Shown: piece by piece, positions 38,332-52,330 of the stretch
Layout of the letters: every line of letters starts with the position of its first letter
How positions within the stretch are numbered: the stretch's first letter is position 1
Source of the DNA: Tubiluchus corallicola
Lineage: Eukaryota > Animalia > Priapulida
Length of the DNA: 64,000 nucleotides
NCBI GenBank assembly: GCA_030141605.1
Contig: JAQGDQ010000116.1
Coordinates: forward strand, 372,001-436,000
Direction of reading: 5' to 3'
Position numbers and translations under genes: made by a program
Notes under the pieces: generated by a model
Told to the model about the DNA's origin: nothing
What the model saw: only the letters and a program-made list of their open reading frames with translations
The model's database searches: none

Positions 38332-40247
38332 CTCACTTGAAGAAGGTGTCCATCCCTTGCTCTGCTGTGATTTTCCATCATCAATATGGTCAATGGGAAT
38401 GAATTCTACTGAATAGTCTTCACTGGTGGCCATGTTATGATTAACATCTACTTGCTGTGGCAAACTCTTTGGCTCTCCAGTTTTTTTCAGCAGCCCCAGA
38501 GTTTTGGTGTTGCAGCTTGCTTGCCTGGTTTCTATGGCACTAGTGGAATTGGTAAATTCATTGTCAGATTTCCTTGGACCAAGTGATGCTGTTCTATCAA
38601 ATATGCTTTGAAATGAAGTAGGTGACATACTTGTCTCTTCTAGGACTGGCTTTTTTGGTGATTGTGATGATCGCCCATATCGGGTTATAAAGTTCTCCAT
38701 GTTGACCCTTCGCCTGCTTTTTATCTCCTTGTCAAAATTTGTAGGAGTACTTGATGTCCTTTTAATATTCATTACTTCAGGATCTATTTCGGTGGCAGTG
38801 CTTGTTCGTTTGGATGACAGAGAGGTTGAGCTATCATCTGTGTCTGAACTATTCTGAATCTGAGTGCATTTTGGTGAATCTAAGAAATCTTGACTTCCTT
38901 GCATTCTGGATGCAGTAACAATTTTGCGTTCCTTCCATACATTTATATTAAGATTGTTATGATGTCGTGTTTGTGTCATTGGATTATGAAGAAACACTCC
39001 ATCATGAGGTAATGGCGGCATCCCTTTTTCTTTCCTCAGCTCTTCTTCTCTTTCTTTTGCCACTCTTATTTCTCTTTCCACTGCAGACTCTGTGTAACGA
39101 TGAAAAAATTCTTCATCTTTGTCGGAAATGCAAAGTACAGACGATTTTTCATCCGTAGATTTAATAACAAAGGCACGGGCTTCAGGTGATTCTGTTCGAG
39201 TACTGTCAGTTTTTGTGTCACTGTCTTCAACACTAGCATAATCCGAAGTTTCATTTACCACATGTCCAGAAAGCGGAGGAAATGGAGAGAAACTGCGGTT
39301 ACTGTCTGTGGTAGACAGATGAGGAGAACTATTAAAAATTGCTCTGGATATGTCTTCTTTTTCGTTGGGGGTGCTATGTTGAAAAGGGATGCAGGGAGAA
39401 TCTGCACTTCTTTCTCTACGCAGCTCTTCTTCCCGTTCCTGAAATTCCCTAATTTCTCTTGCTATCATTGCTGCTGTTGACAAAGCATTGATCGGCTCTT
39501 CGTCTTTTATTGTTGAGTCAACTTCTTCAGGAGTGTACCTTCTGATATGCACACCACTAGCATAATCTGAAGAGTGCATGCTGTCTGTTTCATCTCTGTC
39601 ACTGTGAAGTTCTGCTTCTTCAGTTTCCTCTGTACCAGAAAGAAGTGAACTAGAATCAGTCAAAACAACTACATTGTGATCCTTTTTTTCGTCATTGAGT
39701 TCGACAGTTATATCGGTGCTCACACTTGACAGAGCCATGATAGTGGTTTCATTCTCTTGAATTTTGGTTTCTCCGAATTGGTCAAGGGCCACTGTGTTGC
39801 AGTTACCTTGGTCATTAGTATTATTTAAGGCGTGTTTTTTGTTATCTTCAAGAATAATTCTGTGAAATTTTTCCTCGTCTTCTAAATTTACTTGCGTTTC
39901 CATATAATCAAATGCGCAATAGATTTTTTTCTTGTCTCCGTCTTTGTCAAACACCTGTATGGCATGAGAAGGCTCTATTGTGTGTTCTACAATCGAATTT
40001 TCCTCACTTACCACATTCATTTCCTCGTGTGGTTCAGGTGATGCACTGATGACATTTCCACGAGTGTCGCTTTCATCATCAGGTACTCTATTTCTTTGTG
40101 CTTCATGTAATGGTGGATTGGATTGGTTTATATTTATTAAGGGTGGTAGATCACGCTCTTGCTCCTGTTGTTCGGCAATCATTCTTTCTTCCCACATGGC
40201 TTTCAAGGCAAGTTTTTGTTTTAAATAGGATTGGCTTTCTATTTCAC
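38332..40247 (-). CDS. AKAP2/MISP-like gene, large exon
   Basis: 1916-nt open exon, tttttcag acceptor, GAG|gtaaca donor; motifs IAREIREFQEREEELRRER and VEREIRVAKEREEELRKEK. Confidence 0.85.
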
Positions 40248-42121
40248 CTGAAAAACATGGTACTTTGTTATTTGTTTTCTAATTACGTTAGTAAATTACC
40301 TATTTTTAACAAGTATATACTACACTGCCGAAAACGTGTTGGCACACTTTCTGTAAACCTACTACCTACTACCTACCACTACCTACTAGGTCTTATTTTT
40401 GAAAATTTTCAATATGTCTGATATTCACGCGTGTAACATATTCACAATGATGCATGCATATATATATATATATATAATATATAATATGCAAAAGACTCCG
40501 GTTACAAAATTTGCATTTAAGCATGTCATATTTACCACGCAAATTTTAACAAAGCTCTCACACGAATTATAGATTTCATACACGTAAAAGCTGCGACTGA
40601 ATTAACAAACATAGTGCCAATAAACCCGGTACAATGTTTGCAGAAGGAGGTGACTATCTGTAGTAGTCAAAGTTTGTCTAGAACCTACACTCTAAATCAA
40701 ACAATTTTATATTAGGTAGATGGTCTAATTTATGTAAGCCAAGTATGTTGGCTTATACCTGTCTAAAAGTCGCCCTCTGATTCTTCATCCAAATCAAAAT
40801 TCAAAAATGTGTAGCACAAATGTCTTAAATTTTTGTTACTCTTGTAGGTCGTACTTAAATGTATATTTTCGCAAATGTTATAGCAAATAGAAACTACCTA
40901 TATAAAAACTATCGAGTATCGACATCTTGGACAAATCAAATCATCGACAAAAATGTTGAAACTGTTTCGTGCATTTTAACACTCTAAGTCTAATGCAACT
41001 GCACCCAAATACAATGAAAAAATTAGCTTTATTTCAGTTAGGAAAAGTGAAAAAAAATTCGCGCGTCATTCTGCTCCTCAAAAAATAAAGTTTTTAGAAT
41101 GTGTGTGACAGGAAAAACATAGAACACTGTGAGATGAGCTTTAAAATTTCACAATGTGAGGCTCCTCGAACACTTCACCACTGCCTTCTGCTCTGTGTTT
41201 CCACAAGCACAAAAATGTTAACGTGAATGCATGATAACCCTATTGTATTTTCAGATAATTAAAATTAAGCAATTTCTGCATGAGAAACAACAAATTCTAG
41301 AATTCAACGAAAGAATTCCGTTTCCAATGTTCATGAAACTAATCAGCCTATTTAAGCTAACGTAAATCTATAATTATTGTTGTGGGACAAAACTTTGTCC
41401 TTTGCGATATTTGACTGAGGATCAAAGTTGCATTATAGTTAATTAGTTTCACCTTGAATTTACTCACATCTTGTGTGAAACAGCTTTTGTAGTTTTGGTA
41501 TACTGTTTGAGTCTAGGACTCTAGGTTATAAGCCTATCTTTTGATTGTTTGTTCCAGCGAACCATATCCACAAAGTCAACAAAGTATCAGGATTGTGTAA
41601 AATAAGTAAAGTTTAAAAACAACTTTGAGACATTCTGTTGTCCTTGGTCTTGCGGACCTTTAAAAAAATCAGCAAATCAAAGATCACGGCTTTGAGGGGT
41701 TTAAATGATTGGCGTTCTTCACGTGTACACAATCTTGAACCGGTCATTTACACTCTAAATCCCAAATTTTTAAGCTTGAAAGATCAGCCTCTACAATCAT
41801 TAAGGGTTTATGTCACAGGAATATCTGTTTTAATTTCTTAGTATAAAGCAGAAATATAGAATTTGCAAGGTACGCAGACAGAATGAAAAAATCGAGTTGT
41901 AAGCCTTTTATAAAGAACTATTTACTCCACTAACGATCCAATAAAAGAACATGATAGAGTATACTAGATAACCTCTTATCAAATTTGTCATTAAGTAACA
42001 ACGCGTCGTTATACAAGAATCATTATGCATGCAAATTTGGCGTTATTTTGTAACAACCAGAATGTAATAATTTGGCAATATTATGTAGCAATTATGTAAA
42101 AAAATGATGTATTGTGTAATA

Positions 42122-42578
42122 GGTCATAGCCCTCGGTTGGGTTTTGTCATGGTCCCGATGTCGTTTAATTATTGGACTGGGTCAGTGTTTTTCCGTTTTA
42201 GATGTGAGTCTAACGCTTGCTTGGTCCAGTCTGGTGTGCGGCTATAGTTTGTCTGAGGTCCGATCTGCCTGAGGTCTGAACTGTCTGAAATGTGATCTAT
42301 CGGAGGAATGACTACTGACAAACCTATATCCACATACAGTATTGTACACACCATACACATACTAAACCAGCCAGACAACACCTCTGACAGACCAGACCTC
42401 ATCAGACCATCTTAAGATCAGATCCAGACAGGAAGACCTTTGATACTCTAGGCCCCAGTCTCCAGACAAAATTGGCTCGAGTTAGAACCAGACTCACATC
42501 TCGAACAGAAGTAAGTCGACCTGTCCAATAATTAGGCCTCATCTAAACAGTGACAAGACCCAACCGCAGACCACGACC
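42122..42578. mobile_element. MITE with ~28-bp imperfect TIRs
   Basis: GGTCATAGCCCTCGGTTGGGTTTTGTCA ... TGACAAGACCCAACCGCAGACCACGACC; internal CAGAC subrepeats. Confidence 0.65.
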
Positions 42579-42659
42579 AAATCTACGTTTTACTTAATGC
42601 ATCACTTTTATTACACAATAATTATTACTATCTAGAGGGAGTATAACTAAAACTATTTA

Positions 42660-43357
42660 TTCAACTCTTAAGGATTTGAAACTATTTTGAAGTTTTGGAA
42701 ACAATTTTTGTTTTTATTAAATTACAAACCACTAGTCCTTTAGCGTTTGCTAACCTATTGGACAAACGTTTCAAGAAAACTAGTCTTGTAACAATTAACA
42801 ATATAACTATAGACCCTCATTGTTGTGGCCCAGTTTTTTTGCTCTTTGAAGACCCCAACAGTCCAACACCCTTTGAAGTACCACACACATAGTTAGAAAC
42901 CATCATATTTAGTAATTAAGAAAGATGCTACCCCACTTGAAAGTTGCGGCCCAATAGATGCGGCAAAATTCCACTACTACAAGTGTCGACATATAGAGAG
43001 GTCCTTTGCTGTGCACATTCTATTTGATAAATGGAGGAATTTAACAGAAAAAAACTAATGAGCGCATTTTGGTGATCCATTTTTTATAAGCACATGGATG
43101 GTAATTCTGATGAGGATTGATGGTTAATTGATGAATAATGATAATTTTTTAATGATTGATAGTAACAATGTGCGGCGAACAATCATAAAAATGTACAATT
43201 ATTATTACAATATTAACAATTTATTTCCTGTTTTTTTAAGTTTTTAGTAAAATTATGATAGTATAAAATACCTTTTTACAAATACTACTTTGAAAAATTT
43301 GGGCAGCCAAAAACAAAATTATTTTGCCAACTTTGGTAAATAAAAATCCTTCCTTTA
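42660..43357 (+). mobile_element. degenerate hAT transposase 3' end
   Basis: TTSVDI/ERSFAVH..ILFDKWRNLTEKN* at ~42975-43060 (frameshifted) resembles the hAT dimerization motif TS.D.ERSFS. Confidence 0.5.
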
Positions 43358-45079
43358 ATTATTATATAACGACGCATATGTAATAATTACATATTACACG
43401 AAGAATGTTACGTAATTCTGCATGGTTACGCACTGAGTCTTTTAATTTGTTACATAATGAATTAACCTTAACATAACATAAAGTAAAATTTCAAAAGACC
43501 AACTAGGCAAACATACTGTTAAATCCCTATCTTTGAAAACTGTTTTCTAATGAATATTCGTATCTTGTACATCATTAAAACTGAGTTATATGGATCAGTG
43601 TTTACACCGCCATCGGTTATATGAAAACTTGCGCATAAAGAGCCGCAGAACGGATACCAATATATGACTCTGACAGCCAAATTTTACTTGCGAGCATACT
43701 TTTGTAAATCTCAGAAATAATAATGATGCAAAATAATAAAATTCTGCTATAGTGGCTTCTTACCAAAATCCGCTAGAGGAAACACATCGTCCAGTTTCAC
43801 CATGAATGTTATGTTTCATCTCAGACAACATAACTACATGTTTAACCAACATTCTTGTACGCACATTATGTGTACTATAATATAAGCGCGTTCAAGAAGA
43901 ATGGATGATATAATGGGACCACTGTATTATAACTCAAAAGTACGAAATACCGGTAACGTGTAATTTGCACTAATGCATAACGTATACGCTTCAAAGTTTT
44001 GTTCATAAATTTCCAACCTGCGCAGCAGGAAACGACGTCTAAAACTGTCGTGGGTTTAAGCGTCATTACTGCAACCATTATCTTTGTATTTAGGGTGCAT
44101 ACGCAAGGGTCAATGAAATAAAATCGTGTAAAGCTACACTAAGCTCCCTTAAAATTTCAAAAACACAGACTTATTGTTTTATAAAACGATTACCGTTAAA
44201 CATCTCCGCTATTTCTGACGCGTAAATCCACTTCTGCTCATTGAACAAGGGCTGCCGACCCCGAGCTATTATTCCAAGGCTTTAATTAAATTATTCTCGC
44301 AGATTATGTAATTTGTTGAACTTAAACTAATTGTGTTTCTTCCTAAACATTTCGTTTATATTAATTTCCGTGTTGTTGTTATAACCGCGAATAGTTGCTA
44401 AGCTTATCAGATTTCTTGTTAATCAGGAACCATCAATCACTTTGACAGATTATGAAAAAATCTGTCAGGTAGCTTTTACTGGACTATCATCAAGCAGTAG
44501 AAGCCGCATACACAACACAACAATTACATTATACGAGTTTTGGCTGCATAAGTGTACCAAAATATTAAGAAAAGAAGGCGCAAAAAAGAATGGCAGCCAA
44601 GCAGCCGGTAGAAAGTTCCACAAAGAAGCAATTCTAGAGAAAAGTAAAAAAACTCCGACCTGACATTCTCAGCTAGTTAATAATAATACAAATCGCATGA
44701 CTTGAATCAACAAAAGAATTTACGGACAATGCTAAATAAAAATCATTTTTTGAGGACTAATTTGCTCCAAAACGATTGACGCATTGGGTTGTTTTGAAAG
44801 TTAAGTCAAATACATTTTAAAAAGTAATCTCTTTTTATTACCCCCGCTATAAGTTTATACTTAAGAAATCCAAGTCTGGTCTCGGACAGGACTATAGATT
44901 TGAGTCTTTGACAGTGTAAATCGGATGAAAGATTAGTCTAATATTGACCCCTACGGACCTACAACTGAGATATTAGTCTAACAATAGAAGCACTTGTGGT
45001 GAGAACCACACGATGTGAACGCATCATTAAAGCAAGTCATACCATCAAAATACAAAAAAATACTCTGTAGATGTCTCAC

Positions 45080-45758
45080 CTGTTGCACGTGGCTTTAAAG
45101 CCACCACAATACCCTCTTTTCGCTTTTGTTCTTCTCTCTTCTGTCGGTTCCTTCTCTCTTCGTACGCCTTGTGGCTCTCTTTGGGAAAATGTGGATCGTC
45201 TTGTTCCGTCTCCAGTTTTACAGTATACTGCTGTAGTTCATCCAGTTGATGGGGATCGTAGACATGTTCCGTCACCACGCCACCATCACCACTCTCTTGT
45301 TCTAACTTTTGTGTTAGCACCCACGAATTCAGACGTTTTGTTTTTGGTTTTAACGACTCGAGCACTGCTTGACGTTCATTTATCACTTCGTCTTCGCTAA
45401 TATGAAACGACTTTTCAATAGTTTTTGTCGAAGTCGAGGCTAAAACCTCTTGTAAGGTTTTAGCCGTACTAAAGTCTTGCTTCTGATACTGAGGTGGTTT
45501 AAAGGGTATCTCTGGCGGTGACTTTTGTTTATTCCTAGTGGAGGACATGGGAAGAATGAACAGTTTCGTTGAAGGAGGAGGCTTCCTAGAAGAGGAGTTC
45601 TGTTTATGACTATCATTTATTTTATTCACATTGTTATTGCCGTTCACGTGCTCCTCCTCGCTGAAAGTCTCACCAGCTCCATTAACTCCATTTTCTGTTG
45701 GAGGTGATGGAGTTCGCTCCATCGACGACGTGTCATCCATATCACTTGAAGACATGTT
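45080..45758 (-). CDS. AKAP2/MISP-like gene exon (ATG at 45755)
   Basis: tgtttcag|AACATGTCT...; 225-codon S/E/P-rich frame; donor G|gtgaga, phase 1 matching the 40247 exon. Confidence 0.8.
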
Positions 45759-45822
45759 CTGAAACAGAAAATATTTACTATATTATCGTTTGTTTCGTTA
45801 CGTAGGCATGACAGGCGCTTAC

Positions 45823-45936
45823 GCAAAGATTTCGATGATTCTTGCGGTAAATTCGACGGATTCGGCAACGGTTTGTCAAATTTGAGCGTTTAAAGCGCAG
45901 AGTCGCACACAAACTTTTGCGGCGCAAAGTGCACAT
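45823..45936 (-). CDS. candidate upstream exon adding a basic 38-aa N-terminus
   Basis: acaATG, open frame to TGC|gtaagc, 64-nt intron, in frame with 45758. Confidence 0.4.
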
Positions 45937-46073
45937 TGTCGGACATTTACAATTGTGAACACTGCAAACCGGAAACAGCAATTAACTGGCAGCGCCTTTG
46001 ATGCCTGTGGCGAGACCGGAATTCTGCTATTCCGAAATAGTTAAGTGAGACGGGAGGCTTAGATTCCGAACAG

Positions 46074-46173
46074 GAAAATAATAAGCGTCCAAGTAATTAT
46101 TGACATCTTTTGGTGTTATGCCAACGTTTCAATATAGAATAAAATAATAATTACTTGGGCGCTTGATATTTCT
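46074..46173. repeat. short inverted repeat / mini-MITE
   Basis: AAGCGTCCAAGTAATTATT ... AATAATTACTTGGGCGCTT. Confidence 0.6.
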
Positions 46174-49100
46174 TTTATATTCAAACCTATTCCTCTCAAA
46201 TGAGATCCTGAACTGTTAGAGTGTCTTAGCCAGGGTTAGACACGTGAAAACATGTGAAATGCCATCATCTCAAGACATTTAATTGCATATAAACCGGCAA
46301 GTGTCAGAGAAGTCATTACAAGTATGTATAGACAGACTATATACAGAGCAAAAGCAGTGACACTGTGACAAACTGCAGAACATCGCCTTGTGTTTGGCTG
46401 CTGCAATTATTATTGTCGTCATCATCACCATCAAGTTTTGCTGTCGACAACATAATCGTCGTGTTAAAAACCGCCGCTTTTTCAACCTTGCTAAAACCAT
46501 TACACGCGCCAGTGTGACATCAAGTTAATTCAAACTTGCCAAACAACTTTCTGGGTAATAAAAACAAGGTAACTTGCATATCTGCGTACACTTTGATACA
46601 TAATTTACACAGGCCTACATAGCTTATCAGATAGACATTACCACTTTGTACAGATAGCAGCGAGTCCTATAAAATAGTACACATACCAAAATACGAGGTG
46701 TATTATTATGAGGTGTTACATTATTATAACCACTTTTTTTCGGTTTCTCGCAATAAATCAAAATGTGAAAAGTTAAATGGAACAAGCTATTATACCTACG
46801 TAAATTTATGAGCCACAAAAACGGAATTTATGACATTTTTTACTATCTTTCACTTGATATAGCCATAATGTATAGCGCACAGGCGAAGGCAGAAAATACC
46901 TTGAAGCGCAAACTCAAGTTTTACCATTTTTGTGTATTTTTTATCGTATTCTGACCAATACCTGCACTTTGGTCACGCGTAAAAACACTTAACACCAGGT
47001 GGACGCGTATTAGGCGATTGTGAGTACTGAGGTTAAGGGGCTGCTGGACCTGCATATTAAGACCGTTCACAATTTCGTACACATTTTTTGGATATAATAA
47101 TGATTATCATTATTATTAATGGCCGTTCCTGTTCAGTATCACATTCTATTCAAAATCACCACAAATTTGCACAAGTGCTAGTGCAGCTGACGGTGTCCGT
47201 GGTTGCGTTAATATGCTGGTTAGATGCTGGTGTCGTTGGTGGTGATGTTGATGGCGGTGCAGCGCGGTGGTGACAGTGATAGTTTATACTCAAATTGTGC
47301 TATATCATGTTGCAACAGCTGATTATCATTTACGCACTTTCTTTTATAATTATTATCTTGTAAGAATAATATAACGTGTTAGGTGGTCCTGCCCTTCTGG
47401 CTACTGGTAGAAGCTTGTGGGAGGGCTACAGCTTTGTGTTTGTTGACGACGATGGTAGTGTGGGGAGCCCACTTACTTGTAACTGAAAATGTAGTTTAGT
47501 CTATAGCCAAACAAGCGAGGGGAAAATTAAAGTTAGCTTCTTGGATTCATTATTCTACTGTAATAATTTTCATGCGCTGACTACTCATTAACTTTCTACT
47601 TATAGCGAGGCTTCAGCACACTACTGCTATAATGCTCACATTGTATTAGTCTAGCTGCCATTACGAAACACAAATTCTATGCAGTTTCAAAATTATTGCA
47701 CTGTTTCATTTTTGGCTTAACAAAATGTGTAATTAGCAGTAATTACATTTCCTGTTTAAACGTTAAAAATGTCATTTCTTTAGCTTTGAACCCATTTCTT
47801 CTAGAATATGTTACGTAGCATATAACGAAACAGAGGATTTTGACCTAAGTGAGCACCGTATGAAAGTGCGGTGCGGGACATTCGGTTATCTACATTTGGT
47901 TATTTCCAAAGGAGATTAAAGTCACAGAAACAGGGGTAATAAAAACCTGTATTTTGTTATCGGAATGCCCGTCTCTTTTTAAGGTATTTACACGCAGGTA
48001 AGCATTATAGTGACGATGATGCTATTATGATAATTATTTTCACGATATCTAAAATAAAGTACTGTACCTGTAATTTTTCCAATGCTATAGTTGTTCGTTA
48101 GAGACACGTAATGACACGGATAATGCAAATGATACGTATGGCGTATGGCGGTATCCACTGTATTAAAAAAGAGGAGCACACCTGGATCGCTCATATTTAA
48201 AAGGACCTGTTATAATGCGCCCGATGTTTTGTAAATGTAAGGAACAAACTACAACTTATTACTTATCTGATATAAGTTAGTGTGTTTAATACCTTATAGG
48301 CCTCTATGCCAGTAAAAATAAGAAAGGGTTCTGCACTTTGGGAGACACCAAATGAAACTCATCCAAGAATATGTACTCTGAACTAAATCTTTCATACATT
48401 AAAGTAATGTTTTGCAGTAAACTCACCATTCATTACCACCAAGTACGTTACGCACGCATAACTACAAAGCACAACGTTTTTAAACGAGAACGAGTGAAAT
48501 AGACACTGATGTACGCATGATAGTATGAAGGACACTTTCAAGAAAATGTTGTTAACGTCAGTAAACTTAAAGATCCGTGTTCAAAGGTTTGCACAATTTA
48601 ACAATAGAAAAAAGGCGCATTAAAGATTAAAGCTACTAAGTAGCACCACGCGTTGATTAATTTTCATCGCTCGAACAGAAATTGAATGCAAGGGTTATGC
48701 ACTTCATGTAAGTTATCGCTTGGGAAAGTTACATGAGCTTAGATCAATAGAATACCCAAGCGAGTAGGCCATCTCTCTGACAGGTTGCTATGAACGATGT
48801 AAAAACGATGTAGGCCAAACCAACATGCATTATTCATTGCACTTTCTTATCGGTGATAAGACACAGTTCAAGATTAAATGAGACTTCTTAATGTTAGCCT
48901 CAAGCTGTAAAAGAGGGGATCTTTGTAATTTTGTATGCACAGTAAAATCAAATACTTAGTTATTTAAGAAAAGTATCTGCACAACACAATAGAATATATT
49001 ATATACATACACGAGATTTCAAAGAAATAATGTTCATTAAGACAACATATTATCCTGCCGTGGTTAAAATTGTGAAAACATGCACGTATGTACTGCAGTA

Positions 49101-49281
49101 GCACTGAATTTGAAATATAAACGCGTAACCGTCTAAAACGAGAGAAAAGGAATAGAGAAAAAGCTTGTTCAGAACATTGTGAATTTGTGTGTGAAACTTG
49201 ATCCTGCTTTAGATAGGCAGCTAGGAGGTGGGTGGATGGCTGGTTGGGTTTGAGTAGGTAGATAAGTTGGCAGGTAGGTAA

Positions 49282-49516
<235 letters not shown>

Positions 49517-51469
49517 CTATTGCTTTATTTCTCGTTACAAACACAGATGCGCTTTTTAAATATGAAAAATATGTGCGAGTTTGCAAAATTACAAAGCTAA
49601 AATTAGTGCAAAGCTAAAATTAGTACATTAAAAACTTTCTTGCACGTCTATGCGCCAAGGAGACGTGTTTTTACCACACATTAAATACTTTGCCATAGAA
49701 GAAGTACCGTACATCCTAGGTCACATATTTTCTGTCACCTATAGGGTAGTAGGTTACCTATAATAAAGCGTTATTAGAAGTATTTCACTAATAAGTATGC
49801 GGTAGTGAAAGCATGGCGTGGCGTTAATTGCAAGGTGCTTATTCACGGTCTATTAACTTTTCAGCAAGAAAAAAGACAATTGAACAAAACAGAGTTTAAA
49901 CCGAAACTACCATTTTTTTACCCATTGCAGAAAAATACCTACTATGCACCATATTTTAAACGGACATTTTAAATTAATTCAGATATTTTATATTCTAAAT
50001 TTGTGTCCATTATTTTCACTTTTCATGTCCTGACCCTAGCTTCGCATTGTATTATTGTCTAATGAGTCGTTCGTTTGAAAATTATTTTTAATCACATACC
50101 TAATGTTTTCACCACAACTAGCGGTTACGTCGTCGTTTTAAGAGAATGGCGAAACAGCTGAGTAGTCACGATATTTTAAAGAGTGAATAAGCAGAACTGA
50201 GCCTAAATGATAAATGAATGGGCGACCCCAGGAAAATCGCACCCGTGCGGCTTCCCTCCGGCTATTTAGCACGTTGAAGGAAGTCGTATGTGTTACACAT
50301 CCAAAGATGATGGTACGTTTGCCGAGATGCTACATAATTTTAAAGGATTGCCTTTGATAATGGGATGCATCATAAATTCCAGTGAAATCACAACGATCAA
50401 CCTAACAAGAATGCCCTGTCATTGAGTGCTGGACATTGGCTTGCATTGTGCAAAGTAATAAAAATTATTTGAATTTCAATCAGTGGTTTATAGTATTCAT
50501 ACTATGGAAAATTCAAAGAGTTAACGTCATGGATACTCTTTTGAACACTTTTCTAATAGTAGAAACTTATGTTATTTTCGTTTTAGGGCCTTCTTATTCG
50601 GCGAATCATTTAAACGCCCGTATCCGCTCGCCAACAAGTTTTATTTTTATACCTTATAGAAACTGTAGAAATTTGCTGTCATTTCTAAATCCTTGTTTTC
50701 AGAACTTAGATGTGTGCATGCATAAACCATTTTGCACATTAATATTAATTGTATAATATAATTAGTTACGTATATTAACAGTTTTTGTTGGTAAGAAAAA
50801 ACTGTGAACATAGTCGAGCCCGTCGAAGTCATTTTTGTTTATAATTCTGACCACATTTTAACGCGGTGATGGCTGTATAGACAATTCCACAATCTGTGTG
50901 CATGGCTGCAGGCCATGTAGAAAATCTTATGACTTGTAGCGAAACTCATGCGAGTACTTCCTGGTTCACACATTTATTGCTAAAACCTGGTATCCCAATT
51001 GCCACACGTTATATATGTACGTGAAAAACTACTATTAGCAAACGCTAATCCTTATAGCTGCCCCATTATGGTCATAGGATGTTAGCATTAGAATCTAGAC
51101 TCTAGAGTCTAGAAAGTAGTAAGCTTATAGCCGAAAAAACTGCACAGGTATAATAGTCATGGTCTGGTATAACGCAGACGTAAACTAGTGAAAGAAGTGA
51201 ATTAAGAGAAATTTGCTGGTTCTCCAGACTTTCATCAGTGTTTAACTAAGAGCGCTAACATAAGACTAAACTCGCCTTAACTACAAACAAAAATCGTCGA
51301 CAAAACGCTAAAAAATATGTAAAAATATATTCCTTTGAGCCTCTCAAGCTCAGACTCGAACACACAATTTTTATGTAATACACAAATCAAAACGCATTTT
51401 TTGCCTAGTTCGGATAAGCTGTGGTTCTGCGTAAAAAACCATATTCATCAAAATTTACTGATGTCTTTC

Positions 51470-51556
51470 GCTTGAATTGCTCTCTCATTGGCGGTACGAC
51501 ACACACGAAACTTGTAGAGTATAATCGAAAGTCTCTGGTTCAAATCCGGACTTGAT
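51470..51556 (+). pseudogene. degenerate tRNA-derived sequence (SINE head or tRNA pseudogene)
   Basis: B-box GGTTCAAATCC at 51537-51547; no intact cloverleaf. Confidence 0.3.
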
Positions 51557-51759
51557 ATCTACTTTCACATCTTTTCTTTCACTTAAGTTTGATTTTATAA
51601 AAATTTACTTGTATGATAATTCCATCACCACAGCAACACATTACAAAGTTACCAACAAAAAGTATTAGCAAACTGACGCACGCCAGTATAACTATAAAAA
51701 TGCTTAAAACTTTAATCTAGTTTGAATTATAAATTAATGCAATACCATAAGAATAAAAA

Positions 51760-52330
51760 ATTCTCGGAGAATAGCAGGCATTGTGTCAAGGTGGTAAGAT
51801 CTTCCAGAGTGACAGACTGGAACTAGTGGTGGCCAAGTACACATGAGCACTCACTTATCCACTATAGTGAAAGGAATATTTGGAGACTAACAGAATTAAG
51901 TGTTGTATCAGGATATAAGACACCCCATTTCGAGTGACTAGACTTCTGGTCGGCTAAATACTCATAAATGCCCATCCACCATAGTGAAGAAAAACGCAGA
52001 ATCAAGCCTTATTTCAGAATATAAGGCACCCGAAAAGAACTAGGGGTGGATAAGTGCTCATTAACACTCATTTATCTTCCAAGTGAAGAGAATATTCCCA
52101 GAATAACAGAACCAAACGTTGTTCCAGAATATAAGGCACTCCAGAGAGACCGAAAAGAACTAGGGGCGGATTAGTACTAGCTAACACTCATTCATCTTCC
52201 AAGCGAAGAGAATATTCCCAGAATAGCAGAACCAAGTGTTGTAGCAGAATATAAGACACTCCAGAGTGACTGAGCAGAACTAGGGGTGGATAAGTACTCA
52301 TGATTACTCACTAATCCATCGTGGTGAAGG
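51760..52330. repeat. minisatellite, ~110-125-bp unit x~5
   Basis: CAGAATATAAG.CAC...AGAACTAGGGG.GGAT...GTGAAG recurs. Confidence 0.85.

Noticed and set aside
51470-51556. Functional tRNA gene
   Set aside because: Only a B-box is recognisable; the acceptor and D stems do not pair
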